From Planctomycetota bacterium (GTDB lineage: Bacteria; Planctomycetota; PLA2; JAEUHO01): a stretch of DNA of 64,000 nucleotides. The DNA is taken from contig CAXQZU010000030.1 in assembly GCA_964228555.1 (NCBI GenBank), positions 61,649 to 125,648 on the forward strand. The letters are read 5' to 3'. Each line of letters starts with the position of its first letter. Within the stretch, counting starts at the first letter, position 1. The notes below the pieces were generated by a model. That model saw nothing but the letters and a program-made list of their open reading frames with translations. It did not search any database and was not told where the DNA came from. Shown piece by piece: positions 22,062 through 31,186 of the stretch. A program made the translations under genes and the position numbers.

Positions 22062-24765
22062 CCAGCACGGGGGCCGGCAGGCCCGCGCCCTCCAGCTGGC
22101 CCAGGATGGTCGCGCGGTCGCCCACCAGCACCACCACCACGTCCTGGGCCGCCAGCGCGCGCCTTGCCACGTCGTTGAGCGCGGCAGCGTCCCACCCGGC
22201 CTGCATGGCCTGCACGTCCTGCGCCAGCGCCTCGGGGCCGCGCCCCTTGCGGCCGGCCTCGGCCAGCTCGGCCAGCAACCCCTCCAGCGTGGCGCTGCCG
22301 TCCACCATGCCCTGCATCAGGCTGGCACTGGCCTTCTTGGCCTCCTCGGCGCTGATGTCGCCCGCCGCCATGCGGCTGCGCTCGCCCAGCACCTCCTTGA
22401 CGGCGGGCACGGTCACGGAGGCGCGCACCGAGGAGCTTGCCACCCAGGCGCCGTCGGCCGCCAGCAGGGCCAGGCCGCTGCCGATCCCATAGGTCCATCC
22501 CTTGGCCTCGCGCAGGTTGGCGTTGAGGCGGCTGGTGAAGCTGCCGCCCAGCAGCGTGTTGACCGCCCCCAGCGGCAGGCGGTCGGGCGACGCGTAGCCC
22601 GCCGCGGGGAACACCACCCGCAGCACCGTCTGCGGCGCGTCCGGCATGTCGTGCACGAGCACGCGCAGGCCGCGGCCCCGCCCGGCCGCCGGCGGGATGG
22701 CGGGCACCACCACCCGAGGCGCGTCCTCCCAGCCGGCGAAGGCCTTGGCCAGCAGGGCCTCCAGCGCAGGCCGGTCGATGTCGCCTGCCGTGTAGAGCCG
22801 GCAGCCCGAGGGCCGGTAGTGGGACCGGATGAAGGACCGCACGTCCTGCGCCGTGAGCGCAGCCAGCTCGTCCCTGTGCCCGGCACCGGGCCGGCCGTAG
22901 GGATGATCAGCCCCCCACCACGCCGCGCCGGCGATGCGGCGGGCCAGCTCGGTCGGGTCGGCCTCTTCCTGCTCCAGCGCGGCCAGCCGCAGTGCGCGCA
23001 CGCGCTCGAGGTCTGCATCGGCCAGCGTCGGGCGCACCAGCGCCGCAGCGAAGAGGTCCAGCGCCGGGGCGAGGTTGCGCTTGAGCACGCTCATGGCGAG
23101 CCCGGCAGCCTCGCGCTCGGCCACCGGGACCAGCTGCGCCGCGAGATCCTCCAGCGCCTGCGCGTAGGCCAGCGAGTCGAGGGCACCTGCACCCTCGTCG
23201 AGCATGTCGTTGGCCAGCGCCGAGAGGCCGGACTTGCCGGCCGGGTCGCGCATCGAGCCGGCCGACGACTCCAGCCGCAGCGAGACCAGCGGCAGCCCGG
23301 GGCGCTGCACGTGCCACACCTCCAGGCCGCTGGGCAGGCGGAAGGCCTCGGCCACCGGCGGCTCGAACCGGCCGCGCGGCGCGGCCCCGGGCCGCACGTC
23401 GCGCGAGCCCTCGGGCAGGCTCGGCGTGGGCACCGTGCGGACCACCAGGCCACGGCTGCGCTGCAAGGTCAGCACGCACCAGGTGCGCACGCTGTCGGGC
23501 GTGGCACGGCGATAGCGCAGCAGGTCCTGCGCGAGGCCGTCGGGCCGGCCCAGCCAGTAGAGGTAGTGGTTGAGCAGGTCGGCCCGCTCCTGCAGCGACT
23601 CCAGGCCCGCGATCTTCTGCATCTCGATGCGGTTGGTGATGCGCCGCAGCTCCTCGGGGGTGGGCCCGTCCTGCTGCAGTCGGGTGATCTCGTCCCACAC
23701 GGCCGCCTCCAGCGCCTCCAGCGAGGTGCCCGGCGTGGCGGTGGCCTGGATGTTGAAGAGGCTGCCCAGCTGCGCGCTCCCCTGCCACGCAGCCACCTCC
23801 GTGGCCAGCTTGTCCTGGAACACGAGGCGGCGGTAGAGGCGGCTGGTCTTGCCCTCGGTCAGCACGCTGGCCACGATGTCGAGGTCGCTGTCGCCATTGG
23901 CGAAGTAAGGCGGGCTGTGGAAGGCCATCAGCAGCTGGGCCAGCTCCACGTTGGGGTCCGGCACGGTGACGCGCTTGGCCTGCGCGAGGTCCACGGCGGG
24001 CACCAAGGGACGGTGCGGGTCCTCCCCACGGGGCAGCGAGCCGAACAGCCGCTCGATGTGGCCCTTCACCTCGGCCACGTCGAAGTCGCCCGCGACGACC
24101 AGCGAGGCGTTGTTGGGCGCGTGGAAGCGCCTGTGGAAGTCCTTGACGTCCTGCACGGTGGCGGCCTGGATGTCCTCGTGCGTGCCGATCACGCTGTGTC
24201 GGTAGGGATGCCCGCGCGGGTAGAGGTTCTCGTAGAGGGCAAGGTAGGCCGGGCCGTAGGGGGCGATCTCGTAGGACTGGCGCCGCTCCTCGCGCACCAC
24301 GTTCTGCTGCAGCGCCAGCTTCTCCTGCGTCATGCTGGGCCCCATGGCCTCCATGCGCTCGGCCTCCAGCCACAGCAGCGTGGGCAGCAGGTGGCTGGGC
24401 CCGCTCTCGAAGTAGTTGGTGCGGTCCAGCGAGGTGGAGGCGTTGTTGCTGCCGCCCTCGGCCTCCATCAAGGTGTCGAACGAGAGCTGGGGCACCCGCT
24501 CCGTCCCCATGAACATCAGGTGCTCGAAGAGGTGCGCGAAGCCGGTGCGGCCCGGCAGCTCGTCCTTCGCCCCCACGCGGTACCAGATGTTGACGCAGGC
24601 CACGGGCAGGCGCCGGTCCTGGTGCAGGACCACCTGCAGGCCGTTGGCCAGCTCGTAGGCCTCGAAGGGCAGGCGCGGCAGGTCGTCCTCGCCCGCGGGT
24701 GCCGGCCGGGCCGGGGCGGCCAGCAGCACGAGGGCGAGCATCAACGCGATCCGGGGACGGGACAT
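22012..24765 (-). CDS. Secreted M16-family zinc peptidase (two M16 units fused, pitrilysin/PqqL-like)
   Basis: Signal peptide MSRPRIALMLALVLLAAPARPAPA. Inverzincin motif HLFEHLMFMGTE (HxxEH). A second inactive-type M16 half follows, for about 920 aa in total. Confidence 0.85.
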   Translation of the reverse strand: MSRPRIALMLALVLLAAPARPAPAGEDDLPRLPFEAYELANGLQVVLHQDRRLPVACVNIWYRVGAKDELPGRTGFAHLFEHLMFMGTERVPQLSFDTLMEAEGGSNNASTSLDRTNYFESGPSHLLPTLLWLEAERMEAMGPSMTQEKLALQQNVVREERRQSYEIAPYGPAYLALYENLYPRGHPYRHSVIGTHEDIQAATVQDVKDFHRRFHAPNNASLVVAGDFDVAEVKGHIERLFGSLPRGEDPHRPLVPAVDLAQAKRVTVPDPNVELAQLLMAFHSPPYFANGDSDLDIVASVLTEGKTSRLYRRLVFQDKLATEVAAWQGSAQLGSLFNIQATATPGTSLEALEAAVWDEITRLQQDGPTPEELRRITNRIEMQKIAGLESLQERADLLNHYLYWLGRPDGLAQDLLRYRRATPDSVRTWCVLTLQRSRGLVVRTVPTPSLPEGSRDVRPGAAPRGRFEPPVAEAFRLPSGLEVWHVQRPGLPLVSLRLESSAGSMRDPAGKSGLSALANDMLDEGAGALDSLAYAQALEDLAAQLVPVAEREAAGLAMSVLKRNLAPALDLFAAALVRPTLADADLERVRALRLAALEQEEADPTELARRIAGAAWWGADHPYGRPGAGHRDELAALTAQDVRSFIRSHYRPSGCRLYTAGDIDRPALEALLAKAFAGWEDAPRVVVPAIPPAAGRGRGLRVLVHDMPDAPQTVLRVVFPAAGYASPDRLPLGAVNTLLGGSFTSRLNANLREAKGWTYGIGSGLALLAADGAWVASSSVRASVTVPAVKEVLGERSRMAAGDISAEEAKKASASLMQGMVDGSATLEGLLAELAEAGRKGRGPEALAQDVQAMQAGWDAAALNDVARRALAAQDVVVVLVGDRATILGQLEGAGLPAPVLVNARCEPLEAAAPAGR

Positions 24766-24854
24766 GGCGGCTCCGCGCTCGTCAGGGTTGGGCCTTGGAA
24801 CGCAGGGCCCGGGCGCGGATTCTAGACCCCCCCGCCTCCCGTCGGAGAACCCGC

Positions 24855-27800
24855 ATGGCCCGTCCCGCATGCTCCGTCTCGCTGGCCCTGGCCTGCCTGC
24901 TGGCCGTCGCGGCCCCGACCTGCCTGCCGGCCGGGGCCGAGGACCCGCCCGCCGCCCCGGCCGGCACCCCGATGCGGATGGTGGAGGGCCCCTGCCTGTC
25001 GCCCGACGGGACGCGGCTGGCCTTCGCGTGGCGCGGCGACCTGTGGCTCGCCAGCAGCCGGGGCGGCCGCGCGGAGCGGCTCACGGCCCACCCCGCGCAG
25101 GATCGCCACCCGCGCTTCAGTCCCGACGGCCAGCGCCTGGCCTTCACGAGCAATCGCAGCGGGGCCGACCAGGCCTGGCTGATGGACCTGCGCGGCGGAG
25201 AGCCCTTGCAGGTCACCCGCCACAGCGAGGGCGCGCAGGTGCAGGCCTGGTTCCCGGACGGCCAGCACCTGCTGGTGCTGGGACGGCGCGACCACGACCA
25301 CGCCCGCCCCGAACGGCTGCTGCGCGTGGCGGCGCAGCCGGGTGCACGCGAGGAACTGCTCTTCGACGACTGGGGCTACGACGCCGCGCCATCGCCGGAC
25401 GGCAAGCGCCTCGCGTTCGTGCGCCAAGGCACGGGCTGGAGCCGCAAGGGCTACCGTGGCTCGCAGGCGGCGCAGGTGTGGCTGCACGACCTGGGCACGG
25501 AGCGCTTCACGCGCCTCTCGCAGGGCCCGCACGAGGAGCGCTGGCCGTCCTGGAGCCCGGACGGCACCACGCTGCGCGTGGTCAGCGGCGAGGACGGCAC
25601 GCGCAACCTGGTCACGGTGGACCTCGTGCACGGGAGCCGGGCGTGCCTCACCACCCTCGTGGACGACGGCGTGGCCTACCCCACCGCCAGTGCCGACGGA
25701 GGCGTTCTGGTGTTCCGCGTGCTGGGCGACCTGTGGAGGCTGGAGCCTCGCTCGGGCGAGGCACCCCAGCGGCTGGACCTGCGCTGGGAAGGCGAGCCCG
25801 TGGGCGAGGAGGCGCGGCGCGAGGAGCTCACGCGCGCGCAGGACGTGGCCTTCAGCGCCGATGGGCGCGAGGTGGCCTTCACCGCCGGCGGCGACCTGTG
25901 GGTGATGGACACCGAGCTGCGCGAGCCGCGGCGCGTCACCGACACGCCGGAGGAGGAGCGCGAGCCCTGCTTCTCGCCCGACTTCGGCACGCTGGTCTAT
26001 GTCAGCGACGCCGGGGGCCAGACCGACCTCTGGCGCGCCACCCGCAAGGATGCCTCGCGCTGGTGGTGGCAGAACGAGGAGTTCACGCGCGAGCGCATCA
26101 CGGCGGACGCGCCGGCGGAGTCCTCGCCGGCGTTCACCGCCGACGGCGAGACGCTGGTCTACGGACGCGGGCCGGGCGACCTGTGGCGGCGGCCGGCCGG
26201 CGGCGGCGAGGCCACGCGCCTCGTCACGGGCTTCGACGTGCCCGCCTTCGACCTCAGCCCCGACGGGCGCTGGGTGGCATACGTGCAGTCCGACGACGAC
26301 TTCAACCATGAGGTGTGGCTGCTGCCGCTGGACGGCTCGCGCGCACCCTTCAACGTCTCGCTGCACCCGGACAACGAGGCCTGGCCGGCGTGGTCGCCGG
26401 ACGGCCGCGTGCTGGCCTTCGTGGGCCGACGCTGGGACCGCGAGAGCGACATCTGTTACGTGTGGCTGCGGCGCGAGGACGACGAGAAGGACTCGCGCGA
26501 GCGCCGGCTGGAGAAGGCCGTCGAGAAGATGAAGGGCCGCAAGGGGCAGAGGGACGCGACCAAGGAGCCCGGCAAGGAGCCTTCCAGGGACCCTGCCCGG
26601 GAGAAGGAGGCTCCCAAGGACCCTGCGGCCTCCGAGCCGCAGAAGCTCCCCGCCCCGGAGACGCCGCCGGCCGACCCGGCCGCGAAGGACGGGCCCAAGC
26701 AGGACCCCAAGGACGCAGCCGAGGCGCGCAAGAAGGCCCTGCCCAGCGTGACCATCGACTTCGAGGGCCTCACGGACCGCGTGCGGCGCATCGGCATCGC
26801 CGACACGCAGGAGAGCCAGCTGCTGTGGTCTCCCGACAGCAAGCGCCTGGCGTTCCGGGCCACGATCAAGGGGCAGGCTGCCTTCCACGCCGTGGAGCTG
26901 CCCGAGGAGCCCACGCCCAAGGTGCTGGCCACCACGCTGCTGGAGGGTGCGCGCTGGCTGAAGGAAGGCGACCAGCTGGTGGGCGTGCTGGAGGGCACTC
27001 CCACGAGCGTGTCGCTGGCCTCGGGCAAGGTCAACGCGATGCCCTTCCGCGTGCGCCGCGTGCAGGAGCTGTCCACCTTCCACCGCGCCCTCTTCGAGCG
27101 CGCCTGGCTGGTGATGCGAGACACCTGGTACGACGCGCGCCTCAACCACCGGGACTTCGATGCCCTGCGCGCGAAGTACGGGCCGCTGGCGGAGGCCTGC
27201 CGCACGGCCTCCGAGATCGACACCCTCGTGGACTTGTTCCTGGGCGAGCTCAACGGCAGCCACCTGGGCTTCAGCCTCAACGCGCCCGCCTGGAGCGCCC
27301 CGGGCTGGCGCGAGGTGACCGGCCACCTGGGGGCCCGCCTGCTGCCGCCCGACGGCCAGCCCGGGCGCCAGGTGCGCGATGTCGTGCGGGGCACCCCGGC
27401 CCACGAGCAGGCCACGCGGCTGGAGCCCGGCGAGCGCCTGCTCGCGATCGACGGGCGCACCCTGGAGGCCTCCACGGACGTGGACCTGCTGCTCACGGGC
27501 GACGCCGAGCGCGAGGTGGAGGTGCGCGTGCTGGGCAAGGACGGCAAGGAGCGCACCCTGCGCATGCGCCCCGTGGCAGCCGGCGCGGTGCGTGCCGGCC
27601 TCTACGAGGAGGCGCTCGAGGCGGCCCGGGAGCGCGTGGAACGGCTGGGCGAGGGACGCCTGGGCTACCTGCACGTGCGGGCCATGAACCAGGCCTCCTT
27701 CGAGCGCTTCGAGGAAGACCTCTACCGGGTGGGCCACGGCAAGGACGGCCTCGTCATCGACGTGCGCGGCAACGGCGGCGGCTTCACGGCCGACTTCCTG

Positions 27801-28289
27801 CTCACCTGCCTCACCCAGCCCCGGCATGCCCTCACGATCCCGCGTGGAGGCGGCCCCGGCTATCCGCAGGACCGCCTCGTGTTTGCCGCGTGGTCCAAGC
27901 CCGTGGTCGTGCTCATCGACCAGGACTCCTTCAGCAACGCCGAGATCTTCGCGCACGCGATGCGCACGCTGGGCCGGGGCCGGCTCGTGGGCGTGGCCAC
28001 CGCGGGCGGCGTGATCAGCACGGGGCAGGCCAGCCTGATGGGCGCGGCCTCGCTGCGCATCCCCTTCCGCGGCTGGTTCCTGCCCGACGGGCAGGACCTC
28101 GAGCGCAACGGCTGCCGGCCCGACGTGGAGGTGTGGCCGCTGCCCACGGAGCTCCCGCGCGGCATCGACCGGCAGCTGGACAAGGCCGTGGAGCTGCTGG
28201 CCGAGGACGTGCGGGCCTTCCGCGCACGCCCGCAGCCGGCACCGCGCTACGCCAGCGAGCGCGACGGCCCCCCGCCGGGCGCGCGCTAG
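24855..28289 (+). CDS. Tricorn-protease-homolog: secreted TolB-like beta-propeller + S41 C-terminal processing peptidase domain
   Basis: Signal peptide. N-terminal TolB/WD40-like repeats (LSPDGTRLAF and FSPDGQRLAF are two of several). The C-terminal S41 catalytic region is VVVLIDQDSFSNAEIFAHAMRTLGRGRLVGVATAGG. Its length of about 1140 aa is tricorn-like. Confidence 0.85.
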   Translation: MARPACSVSLALACLLAVAAPTCLPAGAEDPPAAPAGTPMRMVEGPCLSPDGTRLAFAWRGDLWLASSRGGRAERLTAHPAQDRHPRFSPDGQRLAFTSNRSGADQAWLMDLRGGEPLQVTRHSEGAQVQAWFPDGQHLLVLGRRDHDHARPERLLRVAAQPGAREELLFDDWGYDAAPSPDGKRLAFVRQGTGWSRKGYRGSQAAQVWLHDLGTERFTRLSQGPHEERWPSWSPDGTTLRVVSGEDGTRNLVTVDLVHGSRACLTTLVDDGVAYPTASADGGVLVFRVLGDLWRLEPRSGEAPQRLDLRWEGEPVGEEARREELTRAQDVAFSADGREVAFTAGGDLWVMDTELREPRRVTDTPEEEREPCFSPDFGTLVYVSDAGGQTDLWRATRKDASRWWWQNEEFTRERITADAPAESSPAFTADGETLVYGRGPGDLWRRPAGGGEATRLVTGFDVPAFDLSPDGRWVAYVQSDDDFNHEVWLLPLDGSRAPFNVSLHPDNEAWPAWSPDGRVLAFVGRRWDRESDICYVWLRREDDEKDSRERRLEKAVEKMKGRKGQRDATKEPGKEPSRDPAREKEAPKDPAASEPQKLPAPETPPADPAAKDGPKQDPKDAAEARKKALPSVTIDFEGLTDRVRRIGIADTQESQLLWSPDSKRLAFRATIKGQAAFHAVELPEEPTPKVLATTLLEGARWLKEGDQLVGVLEGTPTSVSLASGKVNAMPFRVRRVQELSTFHRALFERAWLVMRDTWYDARLNHRDFDALRAKYGPLAEACRTASEIDTLVDLFLGELNGSHLGFSLNAPAWSAPGWREVTGHLGARLLPPDGQPGRQVRDVVRGTPAHEQATRLEPGERLLAIDGRTLEASTDVDLLLTGDAEREVEVRVLGKDGKERTLRMRPVAAGAVRAGLYEEALEAARERVERLGEGRLGYLHVRAMNQASFERFEEDLYRVGHGKDGLVIDVRGNGGGFTADFLLTCLTQPRHALTIPRGGGPGYPQDRLVFAAWSKPVVVLIDQDSFSNAEIFAHAMRTLGRGRLVGVATAGGVISTGQASLMGAASLRIPFRGWFLPDGQDLERNGCRPDVEVWPLPTELPRGIDRQLDKAVELLAEDVRAFRARPQPAPRYASERDGPPPGAR

Positions 28290-28342
28290 CCAATCGGGCC
28301 GGGGAGGTGGCGCCCGGCGGGCCTCCGTGGTTTGCTCTGGGC

Positions 28343-29410
28343 ATGGACGCAGCCTCGACGGCAGCCGACGCCCCGGCCGGGTCCGCCGCCGCAGGGCTGG
28401 CGGGGCAGGTCTCGTGCCCGCGCTGCAGCCGCCGGGCGCGGCAAGGGCAGCCCTTCTGCGAGCAGTGCGGGCAACGGCTGTTCGAGGGCGAGGCACGCCC
28501 GCAGGCGCGCCAGAGCGTGCCCTGCACGCAGTGCGGCGCCACGGTGGCCTTCCCCGAGGGGCAGCGCACGGCCACCTGCCCCTTCTGCGACACGCCCTAC
28601 GTGGGCACGGGCGAGGTGGGCGCCCTGCGCCACGAGCCCGAGTTCGTCCTGCCCTTCAACGTGAACGAGGCGGCGGCACGTGCCAGCTTCCTGGCGTGGA
28701 TCCGGGCCGGCGGGCTGTTCGTGCCGGGCGACCTCGGGCAGAAGGCCCGGCTCGAGTCGCCCTCGGGCGTCTACCTGCCCTTCTGGTCGTTCAGCGCGCG
28801 CAGCGACAGCACCTACAGCGCACGGGTGGGCGAGTACTGGTGGGAGACGGTGGTCACCACCACGATCGTCAACGGCAAGCCCGTCACCCGCACGCAGCGG
28901 GTGCGACGCACCGAGTGGTACCCCTTCGGCGGGGACTTCCACCAGTTCCACGCGCACTACCTGGTCAGCGGCTCGCGGGGCCTGCCCCAGCCGGAGGCCG
29001 ATGCCATCGCGCCGTGGCCCGTGGCCGACATGCTGAGGTACAAGCCGCAGTACCTCAGCGGCTGGATGGCCGAGGAGTACACGGTGGGCCGCGACGAGGC
29101 GCAGGCCACCAGCATGGCGGCCTTCCGCGAGCGCGAGCGGGACGCCGTGGCCGCGCACATGCCGGGCGACACCAGCGAGGTGACGGGCCTCCAGACCGGC
29201 TTCTCGGAGGTGACCGAGGACCTGATCTACGTGCCCCTGTGGGTGCTGGCCTACGCCTACGGCGGCCGCACCTACCGCTACGTGATCAACGGGGCCACGG
29301 GCAAGGCCCACGGCAGCCGTCCGCGCAGCGTGCCGCGCATCGTGGCCGCCGTCGTGGGCGTGGTGGCGCTGGTGCTGCTCGTGGCCTGGCTGGCCTCGAG
29401 GGGGGGCTAG
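28343..29410 (+). CDS. Uncharacterised protein: two N-terminal zinc ribbons (4x CxxC) + about 200-aa domain + C-terminal TM anchor
   Basis: Zinc-ribbon pairs CPRCSRR...CEQCG and CTQCG...CPFCD, and a C-terminal hydrophobic helix IVAAVVGVVALVLLVAWLA. It starts 53 nt after the tricorn gene. GC3-rich codon usage is consistent with real coding sequence. Confidence 0.7.
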   Translation: MDAASTAADAPAGSAAAGLAGQVSCPRCSRRARQGQPFCEQCGQRLFEGEARPQARQSVPCTQCGATVAFPEGQRTATCPFCDTPYVGTGEVGALRHEPEFVLPFNVNEAAARASFLAWIRAGGLFVPGDLGQKARLESPSGVYLPFWSFSARSDSTYSARVGEYWWETVVTTTIVNGKPVTRTQRVRRTEWYPFGGDFHQFHAHYLVSGSRGLPQPEADAIAPWPVADMLRYKPQYLSGWMAEEYTVGRDEAQATSMAAFRERERDAVAAHMPGDTSEVTGLQTGFSEVTEDLIYVPLWVLAYAYGGRTYRYVINGATGKAHGSRPRSVPRIVAAVVGVVALVLLVAWLASRGG

Positions 29411-29412
29411 CC

Positions 29413-30378
29413 ATGGCCCTCGAGAGCCGCTGCAGCCTGTGCCGCAACGTCGTGGACGCGCAGGACCTGTTCTGCGCCACCTGCGGGCGCGAGGTGGAGC
29501 GGCCCGAGGGCGCAACGCCCGCAGCCGCCCGTCCGCTGGAGCAGGGCCTGCTGGGCATGGACTGCCGCGGCTGCGGCGCGTCCATGACCTACGACGCCGG
29601 GGTGCAGGCGCTGCGCTGCGCCTTCTGCGGCTCCACCCAGCTGGAGCGACAGCCCACGCCCACCGGCCGCGAGATGCCCACCCAGCGCGTGCCGTTCCGC
29701 GTGAGCCCCGAGGCCGCGCGACGGGCCTTCACGCAGTGGCTGGGCAAGGGCTTCTGGCGGCCCTCGGGCCTGCAGCGCGAGGCGCGCCTCACCTCCATGG
29801 TGCCCGCCTACGTGCCCTGCTGGGCCGTCACGGCACGCACCAGCACGCACTGGGCGGCCGACTCCTCGGCCACGCCGCCCGGCGCCCGCGCGGACTGGTG
29901 CCCCGTGGGCGGCAGCAGCGCCGGACGCGTGGACGGGTTGCTCGTGGTGGCCAGCGGCTCGCTGCGCCAGGAGGAGGTGGACGCCTTGCAGCCCTGGAGC
30001 CTTGCCAGCGGCGTGCCCTACGCGCGCGAGGACCTCGCCGGGGTGGTCGTCGAGGACATCGGCGTGAGCCGGCGCGCGGCCCGGCCGCGCGCCATGGACG
30101 CCATCGTCGAGTCCGAGCGCGAGCGCTGTGCGGCACTGGTCCCCGGGCGGCACCGCAACGTGAAGGTGAACGTGCTGGTGACGGACATGGACGCCGAGCC
30201 CGTGCTGGTTCCCGTGTTCATCGCCGCCTACCGCTGGCGCGAGCGCTCGTTCCGCTTCCTGCTGCACGGCGAGAACGCGCGCGCCATCGGGCAGGCGCCC
30301 GTGAGCGTGGGCAAGGTGCTGGTGGCGGTGCTGCTGGTCGCCATCGTGCTGGGCTGGCTGGCCGGCTCGGCGCTCTAG
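29413..30378 (+). CDS. Paralogue of the upstream protein: double zinc ribbon + conserved domain + C-terminal TM anchor
   Basis: Zinc-ribbon pairs CSLCRN...CATCG and CRGCG...CAFCG. The middle domain aligns with the upstream protein (VPFRVSPEAARRAFTQWL vs VLPFNVNEAAARASFLAWI). C-terminal TM helix VLVAVLLVAIVLGWLA. The ATG lies 2 nt after the upstream TAG. Confidence 0.7.
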   Translation: MALESRCSLCRNVVDAQDLFCATCGREVERPEGATPAAARPLEQGLLGMDCRGCGASMTYDAGVQALRCAFCGSTQLERQPTPTGREMPTQRVPFRVSPEAARRAFTQWLGKGFWRPSGLQREARLTSMVPAYVPCWAVTARTSTHWAADSSATPPGARADWCPVGGSSAGRVDGLLVVASGSLRQEEVDALQPWSLASGVPYAREDLAGVVVEDIGVSRRAARPRAMDAIVESERERCAALVPGRHRNVKVNVLVTDMDAEPVLVPVFIAAYRWRERSFRFLLHGENARAIGQAPVSVGKVLVAVLLVAIVLGWLAGSAL

Positions 30379-31166
30379 GGCGAGGGCTCCGCCCGCAGGC
30401 CCTGCAGGGCCGGCACGGCCTCCAGCAGGACGGGAAGCCACGCCTCGGCCGTCCCGCGCAGGGCATGGCGCACGGCCGGCGTGGCAGGCGTGGGATCCGG
30501 ATTCACCTCGACGCTGGCCTTCCCGCGCAGCGTGGCATGGCGCGCCGGCGCCACGATGTAGGGGAACAGGGCCGAGGTGCCCAGCAGCAGCACGAGGTCG
30601 GGCGACTGCTCCACGAGGGCCGCCTGCAGTCGCAGCAGGGGCTCGCGCGGCAAGGCCTCCTCGAACAGCACCACGTCCGGTCGCACGGGGCCGCCGCAGG
30701 CGGGGCAGGAGGGCCGGGACGCCCCCACCGCCAGCGCCTGCGCCGGCAGGGGTGCCCCATGCCCGCAACGCAGGCAGCGGATGCGCAGCACGTTGCCGTG
30801 GATCTCCACCACGTCGGGGCTGCCCGCCCGGCCGTGCAGCCCGTCCACGTTCTGCGTGAGCAGGAACAGTCCGGGCATCCGCCGCGCAGCCGCCGCCAGC
30901 AGGTGGTGCACGGGCCCGGGGCGCGCGGCCGCCGCGCCGCGGGCGAGGCGCAGGATGCGGTCCCAGGTGCGATCCGGCTCGCGCCGGAAGGTCGCCCCCG
31001 TGAGGTCCTCGATGGTGCGGTCGCCCTCGCGCGGATCCTCGTAGACGCCACCCTCGCCGCGGTAGGTCGGCAGGCCGGCGGCCTTGCTCACGCCCGCGCC
31101 GGTGATCACGGCCACGCTGCGCACCCCCGCCAGCGCCGCAGCCAGCGCAGGCGGCAGGGTGGGCAC
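30375..31166 (-). CDS. cobB: Sir2-family NAD-dependent protein deacylase (CobB-like sirtuin)
   Basis: Motifs GAGVS..G.PTYRG, QNVDGLH and the catalytic HGN. Zinc-binding CLRCGH...CPACGG. Its 3' end overlaps the convergent zinc-ribbon gene by 4 bp. It lies 20 nt downstream of the flotillin gene on the same strand. Confidence 0.85.
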   Translation of the reverse strand: MPTLPPALAAALAGVRSVAVITGAGVSKAAGLPTYRGEGGVYEDPREGDRTIEDLTGATFRREPDRTWDRILRLARGAAAARPGPVHHLLAAAARRMPGLFLLTQNVDGLHGRAGSPDVVEIHGNVLRIRCLRCGHGAPLPAQALAVGASRPSCPACGGPVRPDVVLFEEALPREPLLRLQAALVEQSPDLVLLLGTSALFPYIVAPARHATLRGKASVEVNPDPTPATPAVRHALRGTAEAWLPVLLEAVPALQGLRAEPSP

Positions 31167-31186
31167 GGCCGCGCGGCCCCGAGGCG

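Noticed and set aside
30375-31166. Sir2 protein as a defence NADase (Thoeris ThsA / DSR / SIR2-HerA type)
   Set aside because: It has the CobB-like zinc-binding CxxC...CxxC module, the catalytic His, and a canonical length of about 260 aa. No partner defence genes (TIR, HerA, pAgo) are present. It looks like a housekeeping deacylase.
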